Part shown: one piece after another, positions 26,101 to 37,612 of the stretch
How the letters are laid out: every line of letters starts with the position of its first letter
How positions within the stretch are numbered: the stretch's first letter is position 1
Made by a program: the position numbers and the translations under genes
Notes under the pieces: generated by a model
Told to the model about the DNA's origin: nothing
Seen by the model: only the letters and a program-made list of their open reading frames with translations
The model's database searches: none
NCBI RefSeq assembly: GCF_009914755.1
Contig: NC_060926.1
Reading direction: 5' to 3' (one strand)
Source: the human T2T-CHM13v2.0 reference genome, Homo sapiens
DNA length: 64,000 nt

Positions 26101-29100
26101 CTGCCTGAGACTCCACATTCAAGCTGTCTCCTGCAGGAAAGAGAGCAGCTCTTCTCACTACTGCCCCCCGAAGGACAGCTGCTCCGCTATCAACTACTAG
26201 AGACCTGACCCCTTTCTCTGCAGACCTGCCTGTGTTGATTACATCTTCATTTCAGTCTCATGTAGATTCATCTGTTTTCATGGATTCAGGGGCTATTTCT
26301 GCCCAAGTCCACCCTGTGGCTTTCTATCATAAATACACATCTTTCTACACTCGAATTTCTAGTCATTACTAGTATCAACAGCAACATGCTAGAACCTCAC
26401 ATAAAGATTTCCTTTACAAAGAACATCATGCTCCCCACGTAGCATTGTGCTCCCCAGAATGTGGGGAAAGTCCAATCTGTTCAGCCCAACACCATGTAGG
26501 AAAAAAGGCTCTTCTCTCATGAGCCGTTAATCTGTCTACTTATTATTAATTTGTGGGCTAAACTATAAAGACTGGTAAAAATAGCACTTCGAATTCTTTT
26601 AACAAAAGGGTGTAAAGAAAAGATTAAATTATTTAACATGCATATATGCATGACTCATTTCGTTATTGTCACCAGCTTCTTTCATATTTATTTTATTCTC
26701 TAGTTTCTGGCAATACTTTCTCTATGGTAGAGTCTGGAAAGGCTACTCCTCATGTCCTTGGCTTCCTAAGTCCCAGATGTGGTGAAGAATGCCCATCAGC
26801 TGTGTTACTACGGAGTGCTTTTGGATTGAGATGAGGGAGGGGAAATGGCTGAACTCACTCAAATGTGATCATTTTCTTGGTCTAGGTCACAGCCAGGCAA
26901 CACAGTCCTCTGGGCACAATATCATCACTTGCCATGTTTCTATCAAAATGAAAGTATCTTTCTTGACTGTGGAAAACATAGGGGTGGGGGCGGGGAGGGT
27001 CAAGTAATAGCAAAAGGAGTACTTGGAGTTGCCTGAGCTGCCACTCTGGTTTCCCCAAATGTTTTCAATCCATTTCATTCATGATAATAAACACCTTTCT
27101 GCCTAACCAGTCATAATGACTTTTCTCAGATCCAACTGATTCAGTGATAAACCTATAGAGAAAAAATAACTACACTTCTCCATGTTTAAGCTGACCAGGA
27201 TGCTGTCCCTGGTGTTTACACCTCCATATCCCACTATGCGTTTCATCTTCTCTTTGCCTCACTGGTGATCCAAGTACAGGGAATGCTTCACATGACTGTG
27301 ATCCCTAGAACTTCGTCCTGATGACGGTTGAAATCTTCTCTGAGTTTTACCAGTGGAAATGGCAATAAATAGAAACATTCCAGAAGGTCCCCTAGGTTCC
27401 ATATTTTCTGTACTTCCTCTCTAAAATATGTAAAATCAATTATGTTTGCTCTTGCTTTTATGGACTCTATCTATGGCCCCAGCACACACGCTAATGCCCT
27501 GTCTTGACAATTTATCCAGTATTTTAATAAATGTAAATGGTCACATGCTTATCATATCATTTCTTCCAATTTCATGGAATAATTTCACATCAACTCTTTG
27601 GATTAAGAGCCGTCAACCAAAAAACCACAGCCCTGAATAAATAGAAATAGAGTATTTCAAGCTGTTCATTTGGCATAACAATGATGAGTCTACAGCTCAT
27701 TTTCAAGATATAAATATTCTGTTTATGGGAGTGACAGCACCATTCATACAGTTACTGTTTCAGAGCCTCCACCATATCTGACAGGACAGCAATTCAATAG
27801 CACAAGGGTTTGTGTGCCAGCTTTGCTTGACTAATAATGGGTTTTTCTCTGTCTATAGGGAAAGCACATGACAAGAGCATGAGCTACACTTCACTTCACT
27901 TTTTTTGAGGTTAATAAGTTGCTTGATCCAAAGCTATATTACAGAAGAACTTCCTGACTCTGATGAAAGCTCTTGGAAAATCCTCAAATAATATTTTATG
28001 CAGAAATATAACCAAAAAGGAAGGCAAATTCATATATAGGAAAATAACCAGTGCCCTCCTCACGTTACATGAGGTCTACTAGTATCACCCGACACCAGCT
28101 GTTAGTCTGAGCCCTGATGTGTGGCGCAATGTTAGGGGTTCAAGAGACGTCATTCTTCTTGACAAATTAGGTGTTCAGAAGAGCCAGTAGCCCTGTATGT
28201 CTCAGTTAGTTGAAACTCATATTATTGAGTCCCCACAGGGACCTCCATAACCTTGGTTCAGGAGACACCTTGGAAACCTGGGAAAGGTGATTGACTGAAG
28301 TCCATCTGTTGAATCATCCTCATTATTAAAAGCCTCCTACTCATTAACGGCATTTCGATTAATATTCGCTTGGAAAGCATGTTTTTATTTTGGCTCATTT
28401 TTGAAACGTCTAGTCATAGTTCTTCCTGAACCACTTTGTCTGCAATCATCCTGTTGCATTTCTTTTAAGGGCTGATGATCTGTCAAAAGCAACAGCCAAT
28501 ATTATTACATTGCTGTTCTCTTTGCAATGTTATCATCAGATGTAACCCTTGCAGATTAACCACTGTTACGATTTTTACATTTCCAGGGATTTCTTGACAA
28601 TGGCAATGATGTGACGCCATCCAGCATCTATTTGTGAGAACTCTATTTGACAAATCATCACTGTGGGTGTGAACATAATGGAGACTTTCATAGGATGCAA
28701 TGGTTAATATTCAACATTAGTCAAAATTTACTCTAGTCCTACCCTTGGAGCTCTACTGGGTTGGAAAAATATTTTAGATAAGGACAATCATTTCATAGAG
28801 TTTTAAAAATAAAGGCTAAAATAAATTTTCTGTAGCAAGAGTATGAACTATATGTAGCCAGCATACCCTTTTTTAGTGGCATATAACAAAAATTATTTAA
28901 ATGTATTTAATTTAAATAATTGTATAAATATGCATATATAATAAACATACTTAAATATAAATACTATACATGTATATTTGTAGCCAACATTTTATCAGAT
29001 AAATATATGTAACTTTTATGTATCTTATATACATATATGCACATTTTCCATAAATAAGGTAAATTTTAATTTTTTATTGAATACTAGTTTTAATTTTGTC

Positions 29101-31390
29101 TTTAATTTTCTCTTAATAACTTCATAATTTAATACTAAATGTTCACATTTATACCACCAACTTAAGAAAAAATCGTGTGTGTAGGTAGAGGTGTAAATAC
29201 TGTATCAGGAAGCTTTTATGCATTACTGATTGGTAACTGGTTAAATCCACAACTCAGTGGCTGATAACAGTAAACATTTGTTTTCGTGTTCATGGATGCT
29301 CATGTTCACAATCATCTGGCTGATCAAGAAAGGGCTCAGCTGAGTGGTTTCTCTGCAGGGCACTGAGCTCATCTTCAGCCTACAGATATGAATTGTCTGA
29401 GGACGAGGCTGAACAGCAGTGACTACACATGACACAATATTCTTATGGCAGGTCACAGGAGTGAACAACATCCCAAAACAAACTGCACAGTTGAATTTAA
29501 GTCCAATAACTTCTAACATAGCTTCACATATTTTAAATATATTCCTTTATTTCAATGAGTACAAATTTTGAAGAAAATGTTTACTCCATTTAATTATAGA
29601 GGTATTTGATCATTCCATGGACAAATAATTATGCTTTCAACTTTTACAATTCTGAAAATACTTGCAAATGTAAATTTGCATTAATAAGAAAATAAAGCTG
29701 GATGTGTTTTCAACATGTAGCTTTAAGTATATATATATTTTAATGGCCTCAGTGGGGGAAAATCATTTTAACTTATGTAAATATCCCTTTTTGCCTCTCT
29801 TGTGTCCTATAAAGTTGCCCAACAAGAGGTCCTCCCATAAGATTTGGAAATCAGAAAAGGATGACTCAATATTCTCCATTGGTACCTAAGGCAGACACAG
29901 GAACAGAGGTGAGGGCTGGAGAAACACCTGGAAGGATGCTGCAGGAAGCTGAGAACATCAACACTCCCACCCCTAAGCTTCCAGACAGGACTGAGGACCA
30001 CATGGTTAGATAGCCCATACTTCAAGGGCAGATGCATTCTGTTTTCTGAGTGAGCGCCATTCAATCCTGCTTCTAATATCAACTTTCCTGACTACTATAT
30101 CCTTGGCTTTGAAAGGTTGTAGTCTGAACGTTAATCATAGGCATCGGTTCATTCTTGTTATACCCAAAAGAGCCAAGACACCCAGTGGGGAAAGGCACTC
30201 AGGGTGTAAAATATTGTTTCTAGAATGCAATTGAAATAGGCCCTGTTATCCCATGGAACTAAGGTTTATGGTTTTTTGAATAAACAGAAATTGACTCCCC
30301 CAGTCTTAAAACTCAAGATAGTTACATTTGTCTTATCTGAGTTCTTTTTTCAGTAAACCAACCATCAGGCCTCGTAGATACTATCAAGGAGCTGAAACAT
30401 ACATATCACTGAATCCGGACACTGAGACATCAGAACCTTCACCCATTATGATTGCATAACTGACCTCTTGCTTCCTGTTGACCAAATTATCTTCCTTACC
30501 CCTCCCAAATTCCTGTTTTCCCACATTTTGTCCCTGTTATATAAAGTCTTAATTTTAGTTGGTCAGGGAGATACATTCGCAAATGGTGTCCCATCTCCTC
30601 GGCTGCAGTACCTGATTAAAGCCTGTTTCTTGGCAATACTTGTTTTAGAGATTGGCTTTCTGCGTGGTGAGCAGCAGGGTGTACAATGAATCCTTGGCAT
30701 TTTAGTAAGAAAATTCTCTGCAACCTTCACTGCTTTGGCTTCTTGTAACCTGAATTCACATTTAACTGCAACTTCTGAGACAACTTGATATAATTGATAT
30801 AATTAGTGAATCCTAATTCACTTTGTCCACCACTGCTTACCAGTCTGAGCTTGCCAGCTCCCAACCCTTACTAGTGCCAGTGAACTTTCTGAAAATGCAA
30901 AAGGTAATATTTTCCCTTTTTCATAAAACACTAACCTTCTCTTCGTACTTCCAATATATTGAAGACCACTGAGTTTTCCTGTGTGTCCAATTTGGCAAAC
31001 ATTTCTTTGCAAATAAAACATGAAATTTAGAGATTCCGCTCTACATTTTATTTAGACTTCAGTAGTTTAGACTCTAATTTTCTGTATTAAGACAATTCCT
31101 GCTTAGAATATCTATAGTGGTTTCTTCTCTGTTATTTGAATTCCAACCAAAGCCCTAAACTAGACTCCTTAGGTGTCAAGATCTCTGCCTTTATTAAATC
31201 AGGAGAGGCATTGTTATGTCTGTGCAGCTGGGGCTTACAAAGAAAAAGGAATTGGGTTGCAGAGGTGATTTCAGGTCCCCCTCTACCAACACCATCAGAG
31301 TGTGGTTGCATCTGAGGAACACTCTCAGGCGATGGAGGCATCAGGAGGAGCAGCTGGGGCAGCCCAGCCTCACACATTTGCTTCCCTGGG

Positions 31391-31418
31391 GGTTTTTGTT
31401 TGGGTGTGTAACACTGTG
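31391..31418 (-). other. 12-RSS of IGKV1-8 (full consensus)
   Basis: CACAGTG + TTACACACCCAA (12) + ACAAAAACC. Confidence 0.97.
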
Positions 31419-31890
31419 GGAGGGTAACTATAATACTGTTGACAGTAATAAGTTGCAAAATCTTCAGACTGCAGGCAGCTGATGGTGAGAGTGAAATCTG
31501 TCCCAGATCCACTGCCGCTGAACCTTGATGGGACCCCACTTTGCAAAGTGGATGCAGCATAGATCAGGAGCTTAGGGGCTTTCCCTGGTTTTTGCTGATA
31601 CCAGGCTAAATAACTGCTAATACCCTGACTCGCCCGACAAGTGATGGTGACTCTGTCTCCTGTAGATGCAGAGAATGAGGATGGAGACTGGGTCATCCGG
31701 ATGGCACATCTGGCACCTGAGATTGGAAACATAAAAACAAATGTCCATACAATTAATCATGTTGTAAGAGAACTTCCCTGAAGGGCCAGGCTGTACCAAG
31801 CACACTGGGCTGAGTAAATTCCTAGTGTTCTCCTTCCTTACCTGGGAGCCAGAGCAGCAGGAGCCCCAGGAGCTGAGCGGGGACCCTCAT
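31419..31890 (-). CDS. IGKV1-8: Ig kappa variable gene segment, VK1 family. Leader exon 31890-31842, intron 31841-31717, V exon 31716-31419
   Basis: Leader [20 protein letters not shown] (the first ATG is ATA). V region [35 protein letters not shown]...[21 protein letters not shown]. Canonical splice sites. Confidence 0.97.
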
Positions 31891-31943
31891 GTCTATGCTG
31901 TGTCCTGACAGGGTCTGACTCCTGCATGAAGTGTGTCCAGCCT

Positions 31944-32025
31944 ATTAATAAGTCTTCAGGGCAGGAGGTTGTGCCCTGGGAACATGCAAATGAGCAGGGG
32001 ATGGGGCTGACTGGGCACAGCTGCA
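31944..32025 (-). promoter_or_regulatory. Vk promoter of IGKV1-8
   Basis: TTATTAATA near 31944-31951; ATTTGCAT at 31984-31991; TGCAGCTGTGCCCAG at 32011-32025. Confidence 0.9.
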
Positions 32026-32762
32026 GGGCTGGCTCATCTCAGTAACTCAGCACCAGCTCAGTATCCCCAGGTGTCCCAGGAAAGACCAGGGTAGCACAAA
32101 TTTGTCTGTGGTGAATGTGTTTCTACTGGAGAGTAGTTTGTTATGAGAAACATTTTTTATGTATTTTTTTGAAAATTTGAAATATTCCTCAGGAGTCGAC
32201 GGAGTAATGTATTTCATTGGCACATGGGGATTATTTGGAATATCTTGTTTGTAGGAAATACATAGTAAAATGTTAAACAGTATGATTCTCAGGACTTCAA
32301 AAGACTCTCATATGATTCGGGTTAGGGAAGGAGGTACTTTGTCCTATACTTCAACATTTCTGTGAGTTTTAACATTGTTCCTTTCTAAAAATATTAAAAA
32401 TAAAATTTATTGACATGATGCTATACATATTTGTAAGTATTAGGTAATGGTGTTATGCCATTGTTCTTACCACTATAAGATCAAGCAATTTACTACAGAT
32501 ACAGAGAGATGATACCGAGTTTCCTCAATGCATGCAGCACTCACACATCCACCATTATCAAGAGCTACAGGTCTCTTTAATACCCAGAGACTAAATTCAC
32601 TTCACCTTATTCTTGTTTTGGGCACCTTCATTGTCTACCTTCTTTTCTGTCATTGAGTATTACTTTCCAAAGTTCTTCTCTCTTATTGAGGGTGACCACT
32701 GCATGGAGCATGTCCCTGTCATGCACCAACAATGCCACTTTCTTCTTTTACGTTTTATCAGG

Positions 32763-33065
32763 GACATCATCCTGACCCAGACACCAGCCTCCCTGTTAAC
32801 ATCTTTAGGAAAGAGACAATCCCTTATCAAGCAATTGCCAACTTACATGGAGAAATCAGCTGGATCCAGATGAAACTGGACATGGATTTGCAGTCATTAT
32901 ATCTCACATCTCTACTGTGCCAAAAATGTCCCAGCCTGGCTTAGTAGCAGGGGACGTGGATCCAACTACATCAGCATCAGTGGGCTGCAGCCTAGGACTC
33001 CACAAAATTTTACTGATGCCTGACTAGGGGAGACAAATCACAGTGCTGTAGCCCATGCACAAACC
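32763..33065 (+). pseudogene. Degenerate Vk relic in inverted orientation, with RSS
   Basis: Reads across frameshifts as DIILTQTPASLLTSLGKR / TIPYQAIANLHGEISWIQMK / NVPAWLSSRGRGSNY-ISISGLQP. Followed by CACAGTG (33039-33045) + 11 bp + GCACAAACC (33057-33065). Confidence 0.82.
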
Positions 33066-33756
33066 TTCCTGCTGCTTTGTAAGCCACCTGAATTTTAAGG
33101 GAACTTGCTTATATTGGGAGAAGGGAAGAAAGCTCCATTTGTCCTCTAAATGTTTGCTGAAAATGAACTGACAAAAGAAAGACTAATAAGAGAAAAGGCA
33201 AGCAAAATTCACTTAAAGTGCAGTGGGATATCATAGCGGTGTGATTACTCAGATAACTCAATGAGATCCAGTTGTTCATACTTCCTTTCTAGCGAAGAGG
33301 TAATTGGGAAGTGTAGGCAACCTGGAGAGAATAGATGAGGATAGAAGTGCATCCTCAAAAGAACAGGTAATAGCCTGTCTGGATAAAGCATCAACTTCTA
33401 ATCTCTTCTATTTTTGATTCCTATTTTGTGTTAATCTTCCCTGATATAAAATTTCCCAGGAAGAATTTTCTTGACAATCAGTTTCCTTCTGGAGAAGCTG
33501 CTTTTAAGCAGATAAAGGAGTGAGATAAAGGAGTGGAGTGAGCATACCCCAACAGCTAAAACTCACAAGTTAGAGGATTTATAAGTCAGACTCTAAGTCT
33601 CAGATTTTGTACCGCCCTCTTGCTTCATAAAAATGCTTTGTTATTTTTTAAATTTTACTTTAAAGAAGGACAATTTTGGAGAATATATTAATTTTTGGTG
33701 GAATGAATAATGTCCCCACCCCAAAAGATATCCAGGTCCTTGTCTCTGGAACCCAA

Positions 33757-34397
33757 GTTTTATAGGAGTTATTAAGAAATTATTTTAGGCAGATAGAGAG
33801 GAAAAGGCATCCTTGGTAAGATTTTGTTTCTTTTAAAGCAACTCCAGACATGTTTCTTGTCTAATAGGAAAGCTCCGGCTCTTAGAGCCAGGCTGGCAAG
33901 ATTTGATATGCAAATGAAGGCCATTAGAAACTGGGTCCACCCTAACATGGCTATTCCTACCTTCTTCTTCCTTGCCCCTACATGTGCCTGGCAACATGGC
34001 TGCCCCCACATATCCCCATGTGTGTAGAACATTATGATGCCCTACATGTGCATATTGAAAGGCTAGGGTGGGAGGGCCAGTTTTTGCTCAGGCTATGTGA
34101 ATAACATGCCTGGTCAAACCAATCCCTTGAGCCCTTTGCAAATCAGACACCACCTCCTTCATTCTCCTCATATAAGCAGCCACTTTTCCACCACAGATGG
34201 AGTTTTCTCTTTGTTGGAATCCCCTGTCCCTCTGTCTTTGTACAGGGTAGCTGTTTAGCTGTTTTATTCTTCCTTCCTTCTTACATATTAAACTTTTCTC
34301 TCCTTAAAACCACTCCACATCTTTCTGTGGCATTTTATCCAAAGCAGTGTGAAACAGCAAGAACCCTGGTGTTCCTCCAGTCATTGGAGCCATATCA
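33757..34397 (+). mobile_element. ERV1 solo LTR (LTR9/LTR9B-like) inserted in an MLT1 element (about 33697-33755 and 34398-34800)
   Basis: TAGGAGTTATTAAGAAATTATTTTAGGCAGATAG start, CATATAA, ATTAAA, ends CATATCA; MLT1-type flanks. Confidence 0.6.
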
Positions 34398-35844
34398 TAA
34401 GGATTCTACCTTATGATAGATAGCAAAAAATGACCTTGATAGATGTAAGTTAAGGACTTTGAGAATAAGCTTCCTGGTTATCCAGATGAAATCAATACAA
34501 TCACAAAGGTCCTTAAAATAGAGGAGGAGGATTGCAGTCAGAGAGGAGCTGGGACAATGGGGACGGATGTTGTTTGAGGAAGGAAGGGGCCATGGAACCA
34601 GAAATATGGGAGCACATTGAAGATAAGAAGCAGAGAATCCAGTTCTCTCCTCTGGAGCCTCCAGAAGGATTACAGCCCCACTGACACCTTAGCATTAGCT
34701 CAGTGAGACTTCTGACCTCCAGAACTACAGGGTAATACATTTATGTTGTGTGAAGCCAATAAGACTGTGGCAATTTAAACAGCAGCGTTGGAAACTAATG
34801 CAAGGGGAAGAGATGTCTTTCAGCTCACTGAGAGCATGCTTGTCCTCTGTTCTTGGAAATATTTCCACCTTGTTATCTGGTGTCAGACAAGAGACAGAGA
34901 AAATTTTTTCTGAGAGAAGAGCTCGTACAAAAATTCTTTTTAGCTAGAAATTCTCTTTGGAAAATCCCATGATTATCTCTTATACGATCTGGGTATCACA
35001 GAGTTTAGGGGTCAGAACTCACAGCACATGATAGGAGGAAGAGGGTTTTGTTAGTTTGTTTTCATATTAGGAGGGAAAATTAGATTTTCAGGACACAATC
35101 TGAGAGGGACAGACTGGGACAGGGATATTGTAAGAGAAAGAGGAGATGTGGAAGGTGTCAGAGCAATGAAACATGTGTCCCTGCTTCCAAATCTAAAATA
35201 AAGTCATTGATTTTAGAAGGTGAAGCAAAGCTCTTCACCTTCCATCTTCTTATGAAGGATCAAATTCTACCCAGAGTTCCTGTCCCTCCTTTACTCCCCT
35301 GACATTGTATTGTGGAGCTAATCACATGTGCCTTAATCCCTGCTCCTGTCCCGGGCTGGGAGAGGCTCACTGTCCTCACCATGCCCAGCAGGCTAGAGCT
35401 CATGCCCTAGACACCAAAGGAGAAGAGGATGGTTTCTGTACAGGAGGTAAGAGCTTTACCACATGTTACATTTCACTATAATTCTAAGTAAAGTTGTGTG
35501 GAGAGAAGAGAACATATGGGCAACTCTGTCTGGTAGAGTTGGAAGAGGGCAGTTTCTGAGAGTGACAATGAATTCACATTTCTAAATTTTCAGATGGCAA
35601 ATGCTAGCTTTAGCAATTGTGGAAATGTGGACTTTGAGTTTAAGAACAAGACAGACTTTCAGATACTGCAATAAATGAGGAGACATTTGGAATAGGGTCC
35701 TTAGCCCAGGGCTAAGGTCAGGCTGGCAGTGCCTGAGAGATGCCAGGCACTGGCCCTGGGCTGTGGAGGAAGCAGCTGCTCTCCTGAGCCACAGGGCTGA
35801 GAATCTGGGAGGAACCACAGGCCCTGGCCACAGGGCTGCCTGGC

Positions 35845-36408
35845 AGGGCTTCAGGGAAGGAAACTGCTCACAAATTCAGGGGAGCTGCATTAAGCATATA
35901 TCCCCCAGCCTGGCAAGAGTAAAAGTCTCAGAGACCCAGACCTTAGGGCTGGTGCTGGGATCCTGGGCTGGCTGCTGTCAGCTCTGCCCTCCCTGGTGCT
36001 GAATGACTGGGACCCTGCTGGAGCCAAAAACGGACAGTCAGCAAATGTCCTTAAAGTCTTTACTCAGCCAGACTCTATTCTGCTTGGTCAGAAAAGAAAC
36101 ACACGCTACACAAATAAGCATAAAATTATATGTATCTGTAATATGAATTTCTATTGTGAACTTTACATATTGAATACATATTTAAGAAATAAGTTGTATT
36201 TATATATTTGTATATACTATGTATTTATGAATAAATATGTGATGCATGTTTATATATAAAGAGATATAACTTTGGTTGCTAGTATAAGGTATAGTTTTAA
36301 ACTTAAATAAATTTAACATGAACATTGAAAATGAGCACTGGGTGCACCACCTCATGGCCCTCCTCACTCCAGGACCTGAGGGTCATAAAGCTCAGTACCC
36401 TCTTCCAT
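35845..36408 (-). pseudogene. Possible highly decayed Vk relic, copy 2 (paralog of 8670-9236)
   Basis: Same landmarks: TGG 36026, TGT 35872 (154 nt apart); leader-like ATGGAAGAGGG...GTGAGG. Confidence 0.45.
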
Positions 36409-37217
36409 GTTCCCCCTGGGCTGAGAGAAGTGAACTGCCCGTTGCTGAGGATCATGAGTGACCTGAGGGGGGTCTACGGAATCACAGAACAGCAGATGCC
36501 CAGGAAATGGATAGTGGGTCTGGGCCCTGAATGGAGGGACGTTTTGTTTCCAGAGCTCAGCATAGACAAGTCCTCCTCTGGTCATTTCTGTCAAACAAAG
36601 CAGCATATATGGCTCAGAGGCTGCATTGTCACAGGATGAAGCCCCTCCATGGCTCATTCCCAGCTTCCCCTCTGACTGGGGTGATGTGGGATCTCTGCCC
36701 AGCTTTCATGGCTCACCAGCTGCTGGGACTCTGTTGACAATGGCCTATGTCTGCCCCATGCACAAGCTTCTCAATAGTTGCCATTTTACTTTCTGGTCTC
36801 CAATAACCACAACTTGCCAACCATGACCCTTCCACAAAGATTCATAGAGTGGGGTCAGAACTATGGGTTCAGCAACGTGCCGGGGCATGCAGGTAAGAGA
36901 CACAAGGCGTGGCCAGCCCGTGTCTGAAGTGAGGATGAATTTGCATCATGAATTCAGAGTAGGAGATGGGAGAAAACATCCTGACATGCTCCAGGCAGTG
37001 ATGCCCACAAGATACACTAGAGGTGCCCATAGAGGAGGTGGGAAGGGGATTTCAGGCAGAGGAGATGCGAATTTAGAGATGTCCCCCAGCCTGTTCCCCT
37101 GAGAAGATTTCAGACACTTAGTAGCCCCTGGGCACTTTGAGAGACCGAGGAGAAAGGACCATGTAAGGCCAAGAATTTGATGCCAGCCTGGGCAACACAG
37201 GGAGACCCCATGTCTAC

Positions 37218-37220
<3 letters not shown>

Positions 37221-37250
<30 letters not shown>
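37221..37250. repeat. (CA)n microsatellite at the tail of an Alu monomer fragment
   Basis: About 15 CA units. Confidence 0.95.
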
Positions 37251-37253
<3 letters not shown>

Positions 37254-37612
37254 TTGTTAAAATGTGTGAAAAATAGCATCACAAAGTGATTATGTATGAA
37301 CATTTGCTCAGAAAATTAGAAAACAAAGCAATGTCTTCTGAGCCAACAATACTATAATAAAGATGTCAATTTTTTAGCTATAGTAATACAGAGAACATGA
37401 TATTGTCTATCTTAACCATTTCTAAGAGTGTAGTGCAATGCCATTAAATATATTCACATTGCTCTGCTATTATTACTGATACTAAATCCAGAACCATTTT
37501 CATCTGAATAAAATTAATATCTATATCCTTTAAACAATACTCCCCCCCATTTCCTCTATCCCTACCGCCAGCAACCTCCATTCCAGTTCTGTCTCTATGT
37601 CATTGACATATT

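Larger units (their letters stand above)
24260..32595. repeat. IGKV1 duplication unit B (contains IGKV1-8)
   Basis: Colinear with unit A and with 41545-50240. Confidence 0.9.
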
